Below the pieces are notes generated by a model that was given only the letters and a program-made list of their open reading frames with translations, did no database searches and was not told the DNA's origin. A stretch of DNA of 64,000 nucleotides from Microcoleus sp. (GTDB taxonomy: Bacteria > Cyanobacteriota > Cyanobacteriia > Cyanobacteriales > Microcoleaceae), in the NCBI GenBank assembly GCA_042408215.1, contig JAYFMW010000017.1:384001-448000 (forward strand), read 5' to 3'. Made by a program: the position numbers and the translations under genes. This document shows, in pieces, positions 19,738 to 29,970 of this stretch. Position 1 is the first letter of the stretch; each line of letters begins with the position of its first letter.

Positions 19738-22700
19738 ATGCAACGTCCTATCCTCACCAAACTACGCTCAATCACTCGTTTAGAATTGACAAATTTAGAG
19801 GAGTGCAGCGAGGAATCTGTGTATGCTCCCGGTCATATTCAGCCTTCTGGAATCGTTCTTTTGCTGCAAGGAGCCGACCTCAAGATTTTACAGGTTAGTG
19901 AAAATGTAGAACAGTTTTTTGGTATTTCAGCAGAAGCATTGCTCGGTAAACCCTTGCAACGGTTATTTTCCAGTGCTCAAATCCAACCCATAGCGAACTA
20001 TCTGAACCAAAAGAACCTAGAAAACTATCATCCGTTCGAGATCAAAACACAACGGAGAGTTGGCCTGGTAGATCGGCATCGGAAAACTCAGACATTTAGA
20101 AGCAAACTGCATCGGACAGCAGAGGGAGCGCTCCTGGAACTAGAGCCCCAACTCGCCACCAACAAAACTCATGCAATCGACTTTTCTCATCGCCTGCAAG
20201 CTGCCATCGTCAAACTTCGCAGCTCCATCGGTCTTTCCGATTTAGCTCAAACACTAGCCAGAGAAGTGAAAGCCATGACCGGGTTCGATCGCGTCATGGT
20301 ATACCGCTTTGAAATCGACGATCATGGAGTAGTGATTGGAGAAGCAAAAGAAAGCCATTTAGAAAGCTATCTGGGATTGCATTATCCATCCATCGATATT
20401 CCGGGCCCCGCCCGCCAATTGTTTTACCGCAACTGGGTGCGCCAAATCCCCGATGTCAACTACACACCTGTCCGCCTAATTCCGATACACAATCCCCTAA
20501 CCGATACACCCCTGGACCTGAGTCCTTGTCTGTTCAGGGGTGTATCTCCCTACCACATCGCATATTTGCAGAACATGGGAATCGCCGGATCGCTGACGAT
20601 TTCATTAATTGACAATCAGCGCCTCTGGGGATTAATAGCTTGTCACCATCACAGCCCCCGATCGGTCGATTACGAAACCCGCAAAACCTGTGAATTCTTG
20701 GGACAAATTGCCTCCATCGAACTGGTGCATCAGCAAGAGCGAGAATTGAACGTTTACCGAAAGCAGGTGAAAACCATTCACGATCAACTTCAGGAGGCAT
20801 TCCAGGGAAAGTCGAATGCGATCGAACAGGTATTGACCCGAAATGCCTCTCAACTGCTAGATGTGGTGCATGGTCAGGGGGTAGCAATTCTGCTGGACGG
20901 TCATCTGACGTTGGTGGGTCAAACACCCTCGGAAGAGGAGGTTGGCGAGCTTGTGGAGTGGTTGGTGCAACACAACCAGGAACCAGTGTTTGCAACGGCT
21001 TCTCTCTCTGAGTTGTATCCCAGAGCAAAGCAATTCAAAGTTCGAGCTAGCGGTGTTTTGGCCATCTCAATCCGGCTGAACTATGCCAAACACAATTCCT
21101 ACCACATTCTTTGGTTCCGACCGGAACAAATTCAAACCGTAAACTGGGCTGGTAATCCCCTGGATGCCGTCGCGATCGACGAAATTGGAAAACTGCACCT
21201 CTGTCCCCGCAAATCCTTTGAAATCTGGAAAGAGACGGTGCGGGAAATGTCCTATCCTTGGCGGGTGGTGGAGTTAGAAGCAGCCACCGAAATGAGAAAC
21301 ATACTGATGCTGGCGGTGTTGGAGTTTTCACAAGCAGCCCTAGAACAGGCAGCAGAAAGGGCGCAGATTGCCAACCGTGCCAAAAGCCAGTTTCTTGGCA
21401 AGATGAGCCACGAACTGAGAACGCCACTCAACGCCATTCTGGGATTTACCCAGCTTATGAACCGCAGCACCCAGATCCCCAACGAATTTCAAGAGCATTT
21501 AGGCATTATTAGCCGTAGTGGAGAACACCTGCTGACATTGATTGAGGACGTTTTGGAGATGTCCAGAATTGAAGCTGGCCAATTGGTACTGACTCCAAGT
21601 TGTTTTGATTTACATCGGCTGCTTTTTTCTATTAACGATATATTCCTCCTCAAAGCTAATGAGAAAGGTTTGAATCTGAGCAGTGAGTGGAATGCTACTG
21701 TGCCGCGTTATGTCTGCGGTGATGAAGCCAAGCTTCGCCAAATTTTGATAAATCTGCTGGGGAATGCTGTCAAATTTACAACCACAGGCACGATCGCGCT
21801 GCGGACAAGAGCTGTTTCATCAGACGATCGGCGATTCGGAAATGGCGAACCCGAACCCACCATCCACAAACCCAGTTCAGCACCGCCTATTCCTGCATCC
21901 TCTAATCCACCCAATATCAAACCAACTATCACCTTGTATCTGGAAGTTGAGGATACCGGATGTGGCATTGCGCCCTCAGATTTAGAATCCATTTTTGAAG
22001 CTTTCATGCAAACCGATCGTGGTCGTCATGGACGAGGCACCGGTTTAGGACTGTCTATCAGTCGTCAGTTTGCTCGTCTGATGGGAGGCGAGATCACCGT
22101 GCGAAGCACCCTGCATCAAGGCTCGACTTTTACCTGCACACTTGTTTTAGATCTACCAGATTCCCTCGATGTAGAGGAACCATTAGCCGATCGCGCGATC
22201 GGGCTGGCACCTGGGCAACGGATCTACCGCATTTTAGTCGCAGAAGACGTTCCAGAAAATCGGCTACTGTTGGTGACACTGCTGGAGTCAGTTGGGTTTG
22301 AAGTCTGTGTGGTTGAAAATGGGGCTCTTGCGATCGCCCATTGGCAAGCATGGCATCCTGACCTGATTTTGATGGATATTCAAATGCCTGTAATGGATGG
22401 TTATGAAGCCACCAGACAGATTCGAGCGCTGGAGGCTGAAGGTAGAAAGGGGGCTAGGGGCGATCGAGAACAAAAGACATCGATAATTGCCCTGACTGCT
22501 TATGCATTTGAAGACGATCGCCAAGCCAGTCTGCAAGTCGGTTGCGATGACTGGATTGCCAAACCGTTTACTGAAGCCACACTTTTCGACAAAATCGCCC
22601 GTCACTTGGGAGTTCGCTACCGTTACGCCGAACAAATTCTCCTCAAGTCATCCCCTTTACCAACAAAGACCTTGATTCCAGAAGACTTGAAAATTATGCC

Positions 22701-22869
22701 GAGAGAGTGGATTGCACAAGTCCACGAAGCAGCACTCGCTCTGAACGATTCTCGAGTTTCTCAACTGATTGCTGAAATTCCCAAACAGCACCAATATCTG
22801 ATCGAGGAAATGACATCTCTGGTAGATAACTTTCAGCTTGAAATCATCGCAACTTTAACCCAGATTTAG
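19738..22869 (+). CDS. Bacteriophytochrome-type hybrid kinase (PAS, GAF, PHY, HisKA, HATPase, REC)
   Basis: N-terminal EEC..E....PGHIQP.G, GFDRVMVYRF, DIP motif, VSPYH.AYLQNMG, LWGLIACHH, PHY PRKSF, SHELRTPLN. Confidence 0.92.
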   Translation: MQRPILTKLRSITRLELTNLEECSEESVYAPGHIQPSGIVLLLQGADLKILQVSENVEQFFGISAEALLGKPLQRLFSSAQIQPIANYLNQKNLENYHPFEIKTQRRVGLVDRHRKTQTFRSKLHRTAEGALLELEPQLATNKTHAIDFSHRLQAAIVKLRSSIGLSDLAQTLAREVKAMTGFDRVMVYRFEIDDHGVVIGEAKESHLESYLGLHYPSIDIPGPARQLFYRNWVRQIPDVNYTPVRLIPIHNPLTDTPLDLSPCLFRGVSPYHIAYLQNMGIAGSLTISLIDNQRLWGLIACHHHSPRSVDYETRKTCEFLGQIASIELVHQQERELNVYRKQVKTIHDQLQEAFQGKSNAIEQVLTRNASQLLDVVHGQGVAILLDGHLTLVGQTPSEEEVGELVEWLVQHNQEPVFATASLSELYPRAKQFKVRASGVLAISIRLNYAKHNSYHILWFRPEQIQTVNWAGNPLDAVAIDEIGKLHLCPRKSFEIWKETVREMSYPWRVVELEAATEMRNILMLAVLEFSQAALEQAAERAQIANRAKSQFLGKMSHELRTPLNAILGFTQLMNRSTQIPNEFQEHLGIISRSGEHLLTLIEDVLEMSRIEAGQLVLTPSCFDLHRLLFSINDIFLLKANEKGLNLSSEWNATVPRYVCGDEAKLRQILINLLGNAVKFTTTGTIALRTRAVSSDDRRFGNGEPEPTIHKPSSAPPIPASSNPPNIKPTITLYLEVEDTGCGIAPSDLESIFEAFMQTDRGRHGRGTGLGLSISRQFARLMGGEITVRSTLHQGSTFTCTLVLDLPDSLDVEEPLADRAIGLAPGQRIYRILVAEDVPENRLLLVTLLESVGFEVCVVENGALAIAHWQAWHPDLILMDIQMPVMDGYEATRQIRALEAEGRKGARGDREQKTSIIALTAYAFEDDRQASLQVGCDDWIAKPFTEATLFDKIARHLGVRYRYAEQILLKSSPLPTKTLIPEDLKIMPREWIAQVHEAALALNDSRVSQLIAEIPKQHQYLIEEMTSLVDNFQLEIIATLTQI

Positions 22870-22879
22870 AGATAAGACT

Positions 22880-23842
22880 ATGACTATTCCGATCAAACTT
22901 ACTGCCCAAACGAATATTCTGATCGTGGACGATACCCCAGACAATCTGCGGTTGTTGGCGAAAATCCTGGAATCACAGGGCTATACAGTCCGCAAGTCGC
23001 TGAATGGCAGAATGGCGATCGAGGGTGTTCGTCGCGAGCCACCGGATCTGATTTTACTTGACATCAATATGCCGGAGATGAATGGGTATGAGGTCTGCCA
23101 AAAGTTAAAAGGGTCCGTCGCAACTGCTCAGATTCCGATCATTTTTATCAGTGCGCTCGAACGACTGGAAGACAAGGTACGGGCGTTTGAATTGGGTGGT
23201 GTAGATTATATCACCAAACCCTTTCAAGAACAGGAAGTGCTGATCCGGGTCAAGAATCAATTACTCATCCAACAGCAACACCAACAACTGCTCGAACAAA
23301 ATCAACGTTTAGAACAAGAAATTCAGGAACGTCTCAAGGCTGAGGCTGAAGTAAGACAGCTATCACTAAGGGATGAATTAACTGGATTATATAATCGCCG
23401 AGGTTTTTTTTTACTGGCAGAGCAACAACTAAAAATTGCTCGACGCACCCAAACATCCTACAGTCTTTTGTTCGCTGACTTAGATGGTTTGAAGAAGATT
23501 AACGACACTTTAGGACACGAAATGGGAGACAGAGTGATTGTTGACGCTGCTCAAATACTGAATAAAACTTTTCGTGATGCGGATATTATAGCTCGACTGG
23601 GAGGAGATGAATTTGTTTTATTTCTACCTATTTGTTCCAAGAATTCGGATGAGTTGTATCTGCGACTTGAAAATAATATCAATTGCTTAAATAAACAACC
23701 AGAGCGAGCCTATATACTATCGATAAGTCTAGGCGTGCGGCCAGGGGATTTGAATAATGACTTTTCATTAGAGCAACTGGTAGCACAGGCTGACAAACTC
23801 ATGTACGAAAATAAACGCACCAAACGCTGTTTAAATCGTTAA
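22880..23842 (+). CDS. Response-regulator diguanylate cyclase (REC-GGDEF)
   Basis: LILLDINMP; DELTGLYNRR; FRDAD I-site; ARLGGDEF. Confidence 0.93.
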   Translation: MTIPIKLTAQTNILIVDDTPDNLRLLAKILESQGYTVRKSLNGRMAIEGVRREPPDLILLDINMPEMNGYEVCQKLKGSVATAQIPIIFISALERLEDKVRAFELGGVDYITKPFQEQEVLIRVKNQLLIQQQHQQLLEQNQRLEQEIQERLKAEAEVRQLSLRDELTGLYNRRGFFLLAEQQLKIARRTQTSYSLLFADLDGLKKINDTLGHEMGDRVIVDAAQILNKTFRDADIIARLGGDEFVLFLPICSKNSDELYLRLENNINCLNKQPERAYILSISLGVRPGDLNNDFSLEQLVAQADKLMYENKRTKRCLNR

Positions 23843-23899
23843 CCCCTTCTTGGGGTAAGTAAATCAACTTAATTAAACGTAAAATGCGATCGCGATTAT

Positions 23900-23948
23900 A
23901 GTCCCGCAGCACTTAAAGTGCTGCGGGACTCTGGGTGTTCTGTTTTTT
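23900..23948 (+). terminator. Perfect 15-bp inverted repeat after the signalling cluster; possible terminator or stabilising hairpin
   Basis: AGTCCCGCAGCACTT-A-AAGTGCTGCGGGACT, with a T-run ~12 nt later. Confidence 0.5.
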
Positions 23949-24322
23949 GAGCTTGGTGTACTTGCACTACGAATACAGTAATCGCAGACGCAAAGCTGTC
24001 AAACCTATTGCTCCAGATCGTTAAAAAGTAGTGAGACGACGTAAAGATTTTCAGTACCGATTGGTGGTGTTAGCCAGCAGCGGGATCGCGTCACTGTCTG
24101 GAGTCGTCACGCAATTCTGATTAAGAACTCTAAGATGTTGAAGGCTGGAATCGGGGTGAAGTTTTGTGGTTCGATCGCACTAAGGTGATTAACTTAAGGG
24201 TACTTTGAGGCAAGTAAGTGACGATTTCCATGTGCGAGTTTACCGAACTTGTTTCAGTGCGGTCGGAACACCCACGCTCTGAGGTAGAATGTTCAGCAAG
24301 TGGCACAAGAATTGAGTCAATC

Positions 24323-24470
24323 GATGTGAGATGTGAGATGTGAGATGTGAGATGTGAGATGTGACCCCATCTGATCCTTCCCTCGGCTGAGGATGGGAAG
24401 GAATAAATCCGTCCTTAGCCAATTCCCAATCCCCAATCCCCGATTACCAATTACCCATTACCAATTACCG
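24323..24470. repeat. STRR arrays (GATGTGA)n and (TTCCCAA/TTACCAA)n
   Basis: Tandem heptamers read directly. Confidence 0.8.
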
Positions 24471-24607
24471 ATGAAATTTATCTATTTATGCCTAAAGGCA
24501 GAGCAACCATCTAATTCAAAAGAATGATGTATCAGCCCAAAAATATGTGTTAGGCTGGTGAGGATTGATATAACAAAAACACTTAACGTTAAGGGAAAAG
24601 CAAAAAA

Positions 24608-25006
24608 ATGGACGCATACACAGAAAGGCAACAAGAAAAAGTCGGCGAAAGAGAAATCGAATCAATACCTGTAGGTACACAAGTTTCGGCACAAAAAGTT
24701 AGTGGGGTTGAAGTTGAAGTGGCTGATGGAGAAAATCCTGTTGCTCCTCAAGACAAAATCAGTGTTGAGGAGTTGAAGATTAACGGCGACGATTTGGTTG
24801 CTAAGGTTAAAGAACTGATTCACGAAGGTAATATCCGCCGGATAATTCTCAAAAATGAAGAGGGAAGAATACTGATAGAAGTGCCTCTAACGGTGGGAGT
24901 AGTCGGGGGAGTCATCGGTGCGGCATTGTTTCCAGTCATTGCAGCAGTAGGAGCGATCGGCGCCTTGGTTACTCATATGACGTTAATTATTGAGAGAAAA
25001 GATTGA
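24608..25006 (+). CDS. DUF4342-type protein
   Basis: LVAKVKELIHEGNIRRIILK...EVPLTVGVVGG...AAVGAIGALV motif. Confidence 0.85.
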   Translation: MDAYTERQQEKVGEREIESIPVGTQVSAQKVSGVEVEVADGENPVAPQDKISVEELKINGDDLVAKVKELIHEGNIRRIILKNEEGRILIEVPLTVGVVGGVIGAALFPVIAAVGAIGALVTHMTLIIERKD

Positions 25007-25039
25007 TTGAGGAAATCAATTAGTCCTGGACGCACAGAC

Positions 25040-25238
25040 TATACAGCGGAAACCGCTGTTATGAGGTACGCCCACTTATCGTTCAATCCTCCTAGGGACA
25101 AGGCTCTTGGAGTGTTCCTACCGTGTTTCATAACAGCGGGAACTGCTATATTTGTAGGGTGTGCAGTGTGCACCTTACCCCTACCAATAGCGGAGCGAAT
25201 CATTTAGATCCCCGACTTCTTAAAGAAGTCGGGGATCT
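25040..25238. repeat. MITE with ~20-bp imperfect TIRs (25040-25150), REP unit GTAGGGTGTGCAGTGTGCACCTTAC, and palindrome AGATCCCCGACTTC-TTAAA-GAAGTCGGGGATCT
   Basis: TIR core CCGCTGTTATGA / TCATAACAGCGG; the REP unit recurs at 56945-57105 and the palindrome at ~54266-54299. Confidence 0.75.
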
Positions 25239-25281
25239 TGGTATTGTAAAACTTGATTCTTCCTTGCTTCGGCTACACCTC

Positions 25282-26667
25282 CTAAGAAAGCGCCTTGTGA
25301 GCTAATTTAACTTGCCCTAAAGCTGTCTTTCTACTCTCAAAAAGTTTCATAACTCCTGTGGAGATAGTCTCAACAACATCGGGGTCGCAGTAGGATAGAA
25401 AGTCTTCGGAGGAAAGATGACTTGCAAAAAACTCTTTAGCTTTGTTCAAAAATTTTTCTGTTTCAGCAAAGCCGATAGATTTGATAATAAACGTAGAAAC
25501 GGGGGAGTTTTTAATATCATAGGGCGATTCTTGATTGCGTCCTATTTCTAGCAGATCTAACACTTCTTTTTGCAACTGACTGTCTAGAGGATAAGCGCTC
25601 TGTTTGTCGGGCAAGTAATCTTCCAAAACCGATGTTTTAAATCCTGGTACGCGCAATTCTCCCATCATAGTTGAGAGGGGAATATCGCGCCCTAAGCGGT
25701 GGGCAAGAGCTTCCAAAATGGCGATCGTAATCAGCTTTACGCCTAAATAAAGTTTGGCGACTGCGAGATTTTTTCGAGTTAGGGCAATCAGGTTAGTGTA
25801 GGTTTCATCGTCGGGTTCTTGCATAAACTGCTGGAAAACCTGTTCGGGTTTGAGGAAATTCAAAAATCCTTCCATCTTTTGCAGAGATCTGCGATATCCG
25901 CCCACAGTATAAGAATTGACATTGCTCAATTCGTGGTTGGTTTCTGGCATCAAATTCCAGGTATTGTCTAAGAAATTCGAGGAATTTGGAGAGGCAAAAT
26001 TCTCGACGTCTCTATTTGCTAATCTGACAGCTCGCTTGACAATTTCTGCGGTTTCGGCATCAGTCCATCCCAAATTAAAATCACGATTCACACTGACCAA
26101 ACGCAGGTGCAAAAGTTCGATCGCTCTTAAACCGCTGGCCGAAACCCCACGAAAAGGAATAGTAGCTTCGATGCAAGCTGCTATCTGAGCGATCGTACTA
26201 GCTGGTAAGAAAGGTTCCAAAGATTTCCCTGCAATAATGGCGCTCAAAAATTCGTTTTGGCCGGCAAAGGGAGAAAGAATTTGACCGGGAACAAACCCAA
26301 ATACTGAGGCCACGAGTTGATACATGGCATCCTTGGGGAGTTCGGCTTCATCTCTAATCACTAACTGCGATCGCACCTCTTTGACAAAAGGACAAAGGGC
26401 GCTGCTAATATTGAAACCGACACCCTGATCGACTTGCACGTACACCAGGTCGTGAAATAGCGCAGCCAATACTTCGATCGGATCGACGGACCCCCCAACC
26501 TCAAAAATGTGTTCCGACGTGTGAAAATAGCGCCAGGGCCCCCTCATAGTTTGAATGATTAGCTCGGCGATTTGTTCTAACTTGGCAATTTCTACTCGAC
26601 CGCCTAATTGCTCGATCGAGCTGACCAAGCAATCCAAGCACCGTTTTTGTTCTCCGAAAAGCTCCAT
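25282..26667 (-). CDS. Hypothetical protein with HD-superfamily-like motifs
   Basis: 461-aa ORF with WRYFHTSEH...AALFHDLVY. Confidence 0.7.
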   Translation of the reverse strand: MELFGEQKRCLDCLVSSIEQLGGRVEIAKLEQIAELIIQTMRGPWRYFHTSEHIFEVGGSVDPIEVLAALFHDLVYVQVDQGVGFNISSALCPFVKEVRSQLVIRDEAELPKDAMYQLVASVFGFVPGQILSPFAGQNEFLSAIIAGKSLEPFLPASTIAQIAACIEATIPFRGVSASGLRAIELLHLRLVSVNRDFNLGWTDAETAEIVKRAVRLANRDVENFASPNSSNFLDNTWNLMPETNHELSNVNSYTVGGYRRSLQKMEGFLNFLKPEQVFQQFMQEPDDETYTNLIALTRKNLAVAKLYLGVKLITIAILEALAHRLGRDIPLSTMMGELRVPGFKTSVLEDYLPDKQSAYPLDSQLQKEVLDLLEIGRNQESPYDIKNSPVSTFIIKSIGFAETEKFLNKAKEFFASHLSSEDFLSYCDPDVVETISTGVMKLFESRKTALGQVKLAHKALS

Positions 26668-27089
26668 TTACGCACCTCCAGTGCATTCCCTGATTCCTGC
26701 GCTTGATTGCATGGTATCAAAACCCGTTGCGATCGTGCCATTATTCGTTACTCAAAAATTGCAAATTTTAGGGTGAAAGAGGGTGAGGGGGGGGAGGGGG
26801 AGAGAGGGAGAGGGAGGAAGAGGGAGATCGGGAAATTAAATATTAAAAATTTTGCATTTGTGGAGATTCGCGGAACTTGGGCGATCGGTATCTTGAATTA
26901 CAGTAAAGCTGACAAAAAGTTGGCAGAAATCCCCCGCGCTTTCCTCTGTCCCTTTCCCCCGATCCCCCTCTTCCCGATCGCGAACCGCAACCCCATTCAA
27001 TAAATCAATTTTCAGCTTTTAGAGAGATGTAAAAACTCGATCGCTCGTCGCAATATTAACTAGGAACTCAACTATTTGGGAGAAGTGGC

Positions 27090-28691
27090 GTGAAATTCGT
27101 TTCCGACCCGCCAATTTCGGTCAAAATCCGCAAGATGAACGAGCGAGTACGGTGGCAAGAAAAGTCGATCGCCGATCGGGCAATCGACCAAACTAAGATT
27201 ATTTTAGACGATCGAGTTCCAGACGATCGAGAATTTTCGTTTTTAGTCGCAGGCGACAGCGGCAGCGGCAACCACCGGGGCCACAACCCCCAGCGCCAAG
27301 TCGCCGAACTGATGCTGCGAGAGCGTAAAAGTTGCCGTTTTGTCCTGCACACAGGCGATGTAGTGTATCTAGTCGGTTCCAGCGAATATTATTTGCAAAA
27401 CTTTATTCGCCCCTACCGAGAGTTTCTAGTCGGTGGCGAAGAGCCGTCTCGGATTGGATACGATCGCATGGTATTCAATTTTCCCTTCCTACCGGTACCG
27501 GGAAATCACGACTACTACGACTTGCCACTTTTCTACGGGATTCTCTCCGCTACCGCACAGCCACTGCGTCGCCTGTTAGGTTCAAAGTTGGATCTAGATG
27601 TGGGCTGGCACGGTTCCTTTCGAGGAAATGCCTATGCTAAAGCCTTTCTGGACTACCTGCAAGCTCACAAATTGCCGGGAGAGCTCGATCGACACCTAGA
27701 CACCCACTACACAGCTCACACCAGCACAGGCCGCTGCTTGCGCTACCAACCAGGACACTTTACCCGCTTACCCAACCGTTACTACAGTTTCCGCAGTGGC
27801 GGAATTGACTTCTTTGCTCTGGATTCCAACACCTTTAACGAACCTTTACCACTCCCAAAAACCTCTGAGGGCGACATTCACCGCCGGAATTTGGAACAAC
27901 AAAGGCAGAAGTTGGAGGAAGAAAAATTGGAAATGCTCGAAATGTCCGATCGTCTGAACCCGGAAATTTCCTCCGAAGCCGAACAGCTAGACGACTTGCG
28001 CGCCAAATTAGAGCAAGTTGATGAAATCCTGATGGACATTGATAAGCAACTGTCGCCGGACAAAACCGTCGCCACCGACTTGGAACAGCTCGAATGGCTG
28101 AAACTCAGCTTGATTGCATCTTGGGCTGATTCTGAGGTGCGGGGACGGGTAATTTACCTGCACCATCCCCCCTACGTGACTGAGGGGACAAAGTGGAATC
28201 AAGCTCAAACTTTGGCGGTTCGGTGGCATTTGCGCGAGGTTTTCGATGGGGCGGCGCGGGAAATTGGGGATGGGTTGCGGGGGCGGGCGATCGTCGATTT
28301 AGTGCTGACGGGCCACGCTCACTGTCTGGAATACCTGCGGACTGGGGATACGGGACACGCTGATTCTCACATTAATTGGATGATCTGTGGGGGAAGCGGC
28401 CACAGTCTCCGTCGCCAGCGCCCGGAAGGGCCGGTGTTGGAGGAAGTATCGAGTCCTGAAGCCGATCGGTTGGGGCGCGAGTCTGGTTCCGAAACAGCCA
28501 GCCGGCGGGTAGCGGAATCTTTGCTATATGTGGGCCGCAGCGGCCAAGGTTCCCACAAACGCCGTCCTTATTCGTGTTTGCGGATTGATGTTCTCGACGG
28601 GTGTCCCCCGAAGTTCCGAATCCGACCTTTGATTGTCGAACGATTTGAGGGGAAATGGCTGGATATCTCGATCGAACCTTTTGTAATTTAG
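27090..28691 (+). CDS. Calcineurin-like metallophosphoesterase with an internal coiled-coil insertion
   Basis: AGDSG, HTGDVVY, PGNHDYY, HHPPY, TGHAH, CGGSG motifs. Confidence 0.9.
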   Translation: MKFVSDPPISVKIRKMNERVRWQEKSIADRAIDQTKIILDDRVPDDREFSFLVAGDSGSGNHRGHNPQRQVAELMLRERKSCRFVLHTGDVVYLVGSSEYYLQNFIRPYREFLVGGEEPSRIGYDRMVFNFPFLPVPGNHDYYDLPLFYGILSATAQPLRRLLGSKLDLDVGWHGSFRGNAYAKAFLDYLQAHKLPGELDRHLDTHYTAHTSTGRCLRYQPGHFTRLPNRYYSFRSGGIDFFALDSNTFNEPLPLPKTSEGDIHRRNLEQQRQKLEEEKLEMLEMSDRLNPEISSEAEQLDDLRAKLEQVDEILMDIDKQLSPDKTVATDLEQLEWLKLSLIASWADSEVRGRVIYLHHPPYVTEGTKWNQAQTLAVRWHLREVFDGAAREIGDGLRGRAIVDLVLTGHAHCLEYLRTGDTGHADSHINWMICGGSGHSLRRQRPEGPVLEEVSSPEADRLGRESGSETASRRVAESLLYVGRSGQGSHKRRPYSCLRIDVLDGCPPKFRIRPLIVERFEGKWLDISIEPFVI

Positions 28692-28718
28692 CATTAGTGT
28701 AGCTTGTAGTCGAGTTTC

Positions 28719-28817
28719 GATCCCCCTCGCATCCCCCTTAAAAAGCGAGTAGGGTGTGAGTAGGGTTGACTTTCACCCCCCCTGTCCCCCCCTTATTAAG
28801 GGGGGTTAGGGGGGATC
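28719..28817. repeat. C/G-rich palindromic short dispersed repeat bounded by GATC
   Basis: Same family at 10395, 46128, 54880, 56832 and 62610. Confidence 0.8.
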
Positions 28818-28894
28818 TCCGGCTCAAAAAAACACGCCATCTTAGAGATTTTCCCTCCTATAAAGCAATGACCAATTACCATTACGAATGACTT

Positions 28895-29854
28895 ATGAAA
28901 CGTTCTGCTTGCCTAATTTTCAATCCGGCTGCTGGTCAAAGCGATCCAGAGCAAGATTTAGCTCAAATTCGGGGACTTTTAGAACCTACTATTGACTTAG
29001 ACATTCGGATGACAACACCTGAATTAGATGGAGCCCAAATCGCCCTAGAAGAGGTTTCTAGAGGAGTTGAGGCAATTATTGCTTCCGGCGGTGACGGCAC
29101 TTTATCAGCCGTTGCTGGTGCGATTGTCGGCACAAATATTCCCTTGGGAATTATTTCGCGAGGAACTGCGAATGCTTTTGCGAATGCTTTAGATCTTCCG
29201 AATACAATTGAAATGGCCTGCGCCACGATTTTGTCCGGGCTAACGCGGGTGGTGGATGCGGGTATTTGCAATGGAAAACTGCCGATGGTTTTGTTGGCTG
29301 GTGTTGGCTTTGAGGCGGAAACTGTCGAAATGGCCGATCGCGAAATGAAAAATCGCTGGGGAATGTTGGCTTATGTGTTGTCGGGAATTAAACAGTTAAA
29401 TAATTTAGAAAGGTTTGAAGCGGAAATCGAAACAGAAGATAAAATTGTCACCGTTACTGCTGTGGCCGTAACGGTGGCGAATGCAGCGCCGCCTACTTCG
29501 ATTTTAGCTCAAGGGCCGGCGGGGATTATTTTTGATGATGGTTTGCTGGATATTACTTTGGTTGCACCAGAGAATAAAGCTGGGGCGATCGCAGCTTCTT
29601 ATCACCTATTGCAAACTGCTTTGAGTGGAAATGCTACCGATCGCGATGACATCGGTTATATGCGAGCCAAAAAGGTGAAAATTACTACCGATCCACCTCA
29701 AAAAGTTGTTTTAGATGGGGAAATTATCGGCATGACACCGCTGTCGATCGAGTGTATACAGGGGGGGTTAACTGTGTTTGTACCGCGAGTAGAAGAGCCA
29801 CCTATAACGGAAAAACTTACGGGTTTATCTGATATCAAAGTTGTTTTTAAGTAA
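28895..29854 (+). CDS. YegS/Rv2252/BmrU family lipid kinase
   Basis: IFNPAAG, ASGGDGT, GTANAFA, LDGE motifs. Confidence 0.92.
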   Translation: MKRSACLIFNPAAGQSDPEQDLAQIRGLLEPTIDLDIRMTTPELDGAQIALEEVSRGVEAIIASGGDGTLSAVAGAIVGTNIPLGIISRGTANAFANALDLPNTIEMACATILSGLTRVVDAGICNGKLPMVLLAGVGFEAETVEMADREMKNRWGMLAYVLSGIKQLNNLERFEAEIETEDKIVTVTAVAVTVANAAPPTSILAQGPAGIIFDDGLLDITLVAPENKAGAIAASYHLLQTALSGNATDRDDIGYMRAKKVKITTDPPQKVVLDGEIIGMTPLSIECIQGGLTVFVPRVEEPPITEKLTGLSDIKVVFK

Positions 29855-29970
29855 TCCATTCCGGCCCATAGAAACCGCGTCTATACAAACAAAGTCCGCC
29901 TGGACTGGGAGGATAGAGAAGATTAATTAGCTTGATTTGGGAGCGATACCGCAGGGGCGGTCAGGCTTTT

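Noticed and set aside
23985..24082. Possible c-di-GMP-I riboswitch (GACGCAAAGC after a diguanylate cyclase gene)
   Set aside because: The upstream GGCAAAC/GNRA stem and a properly spaced P3 are missing; only a 10-nt match. An Rfam cmscan would settle it.
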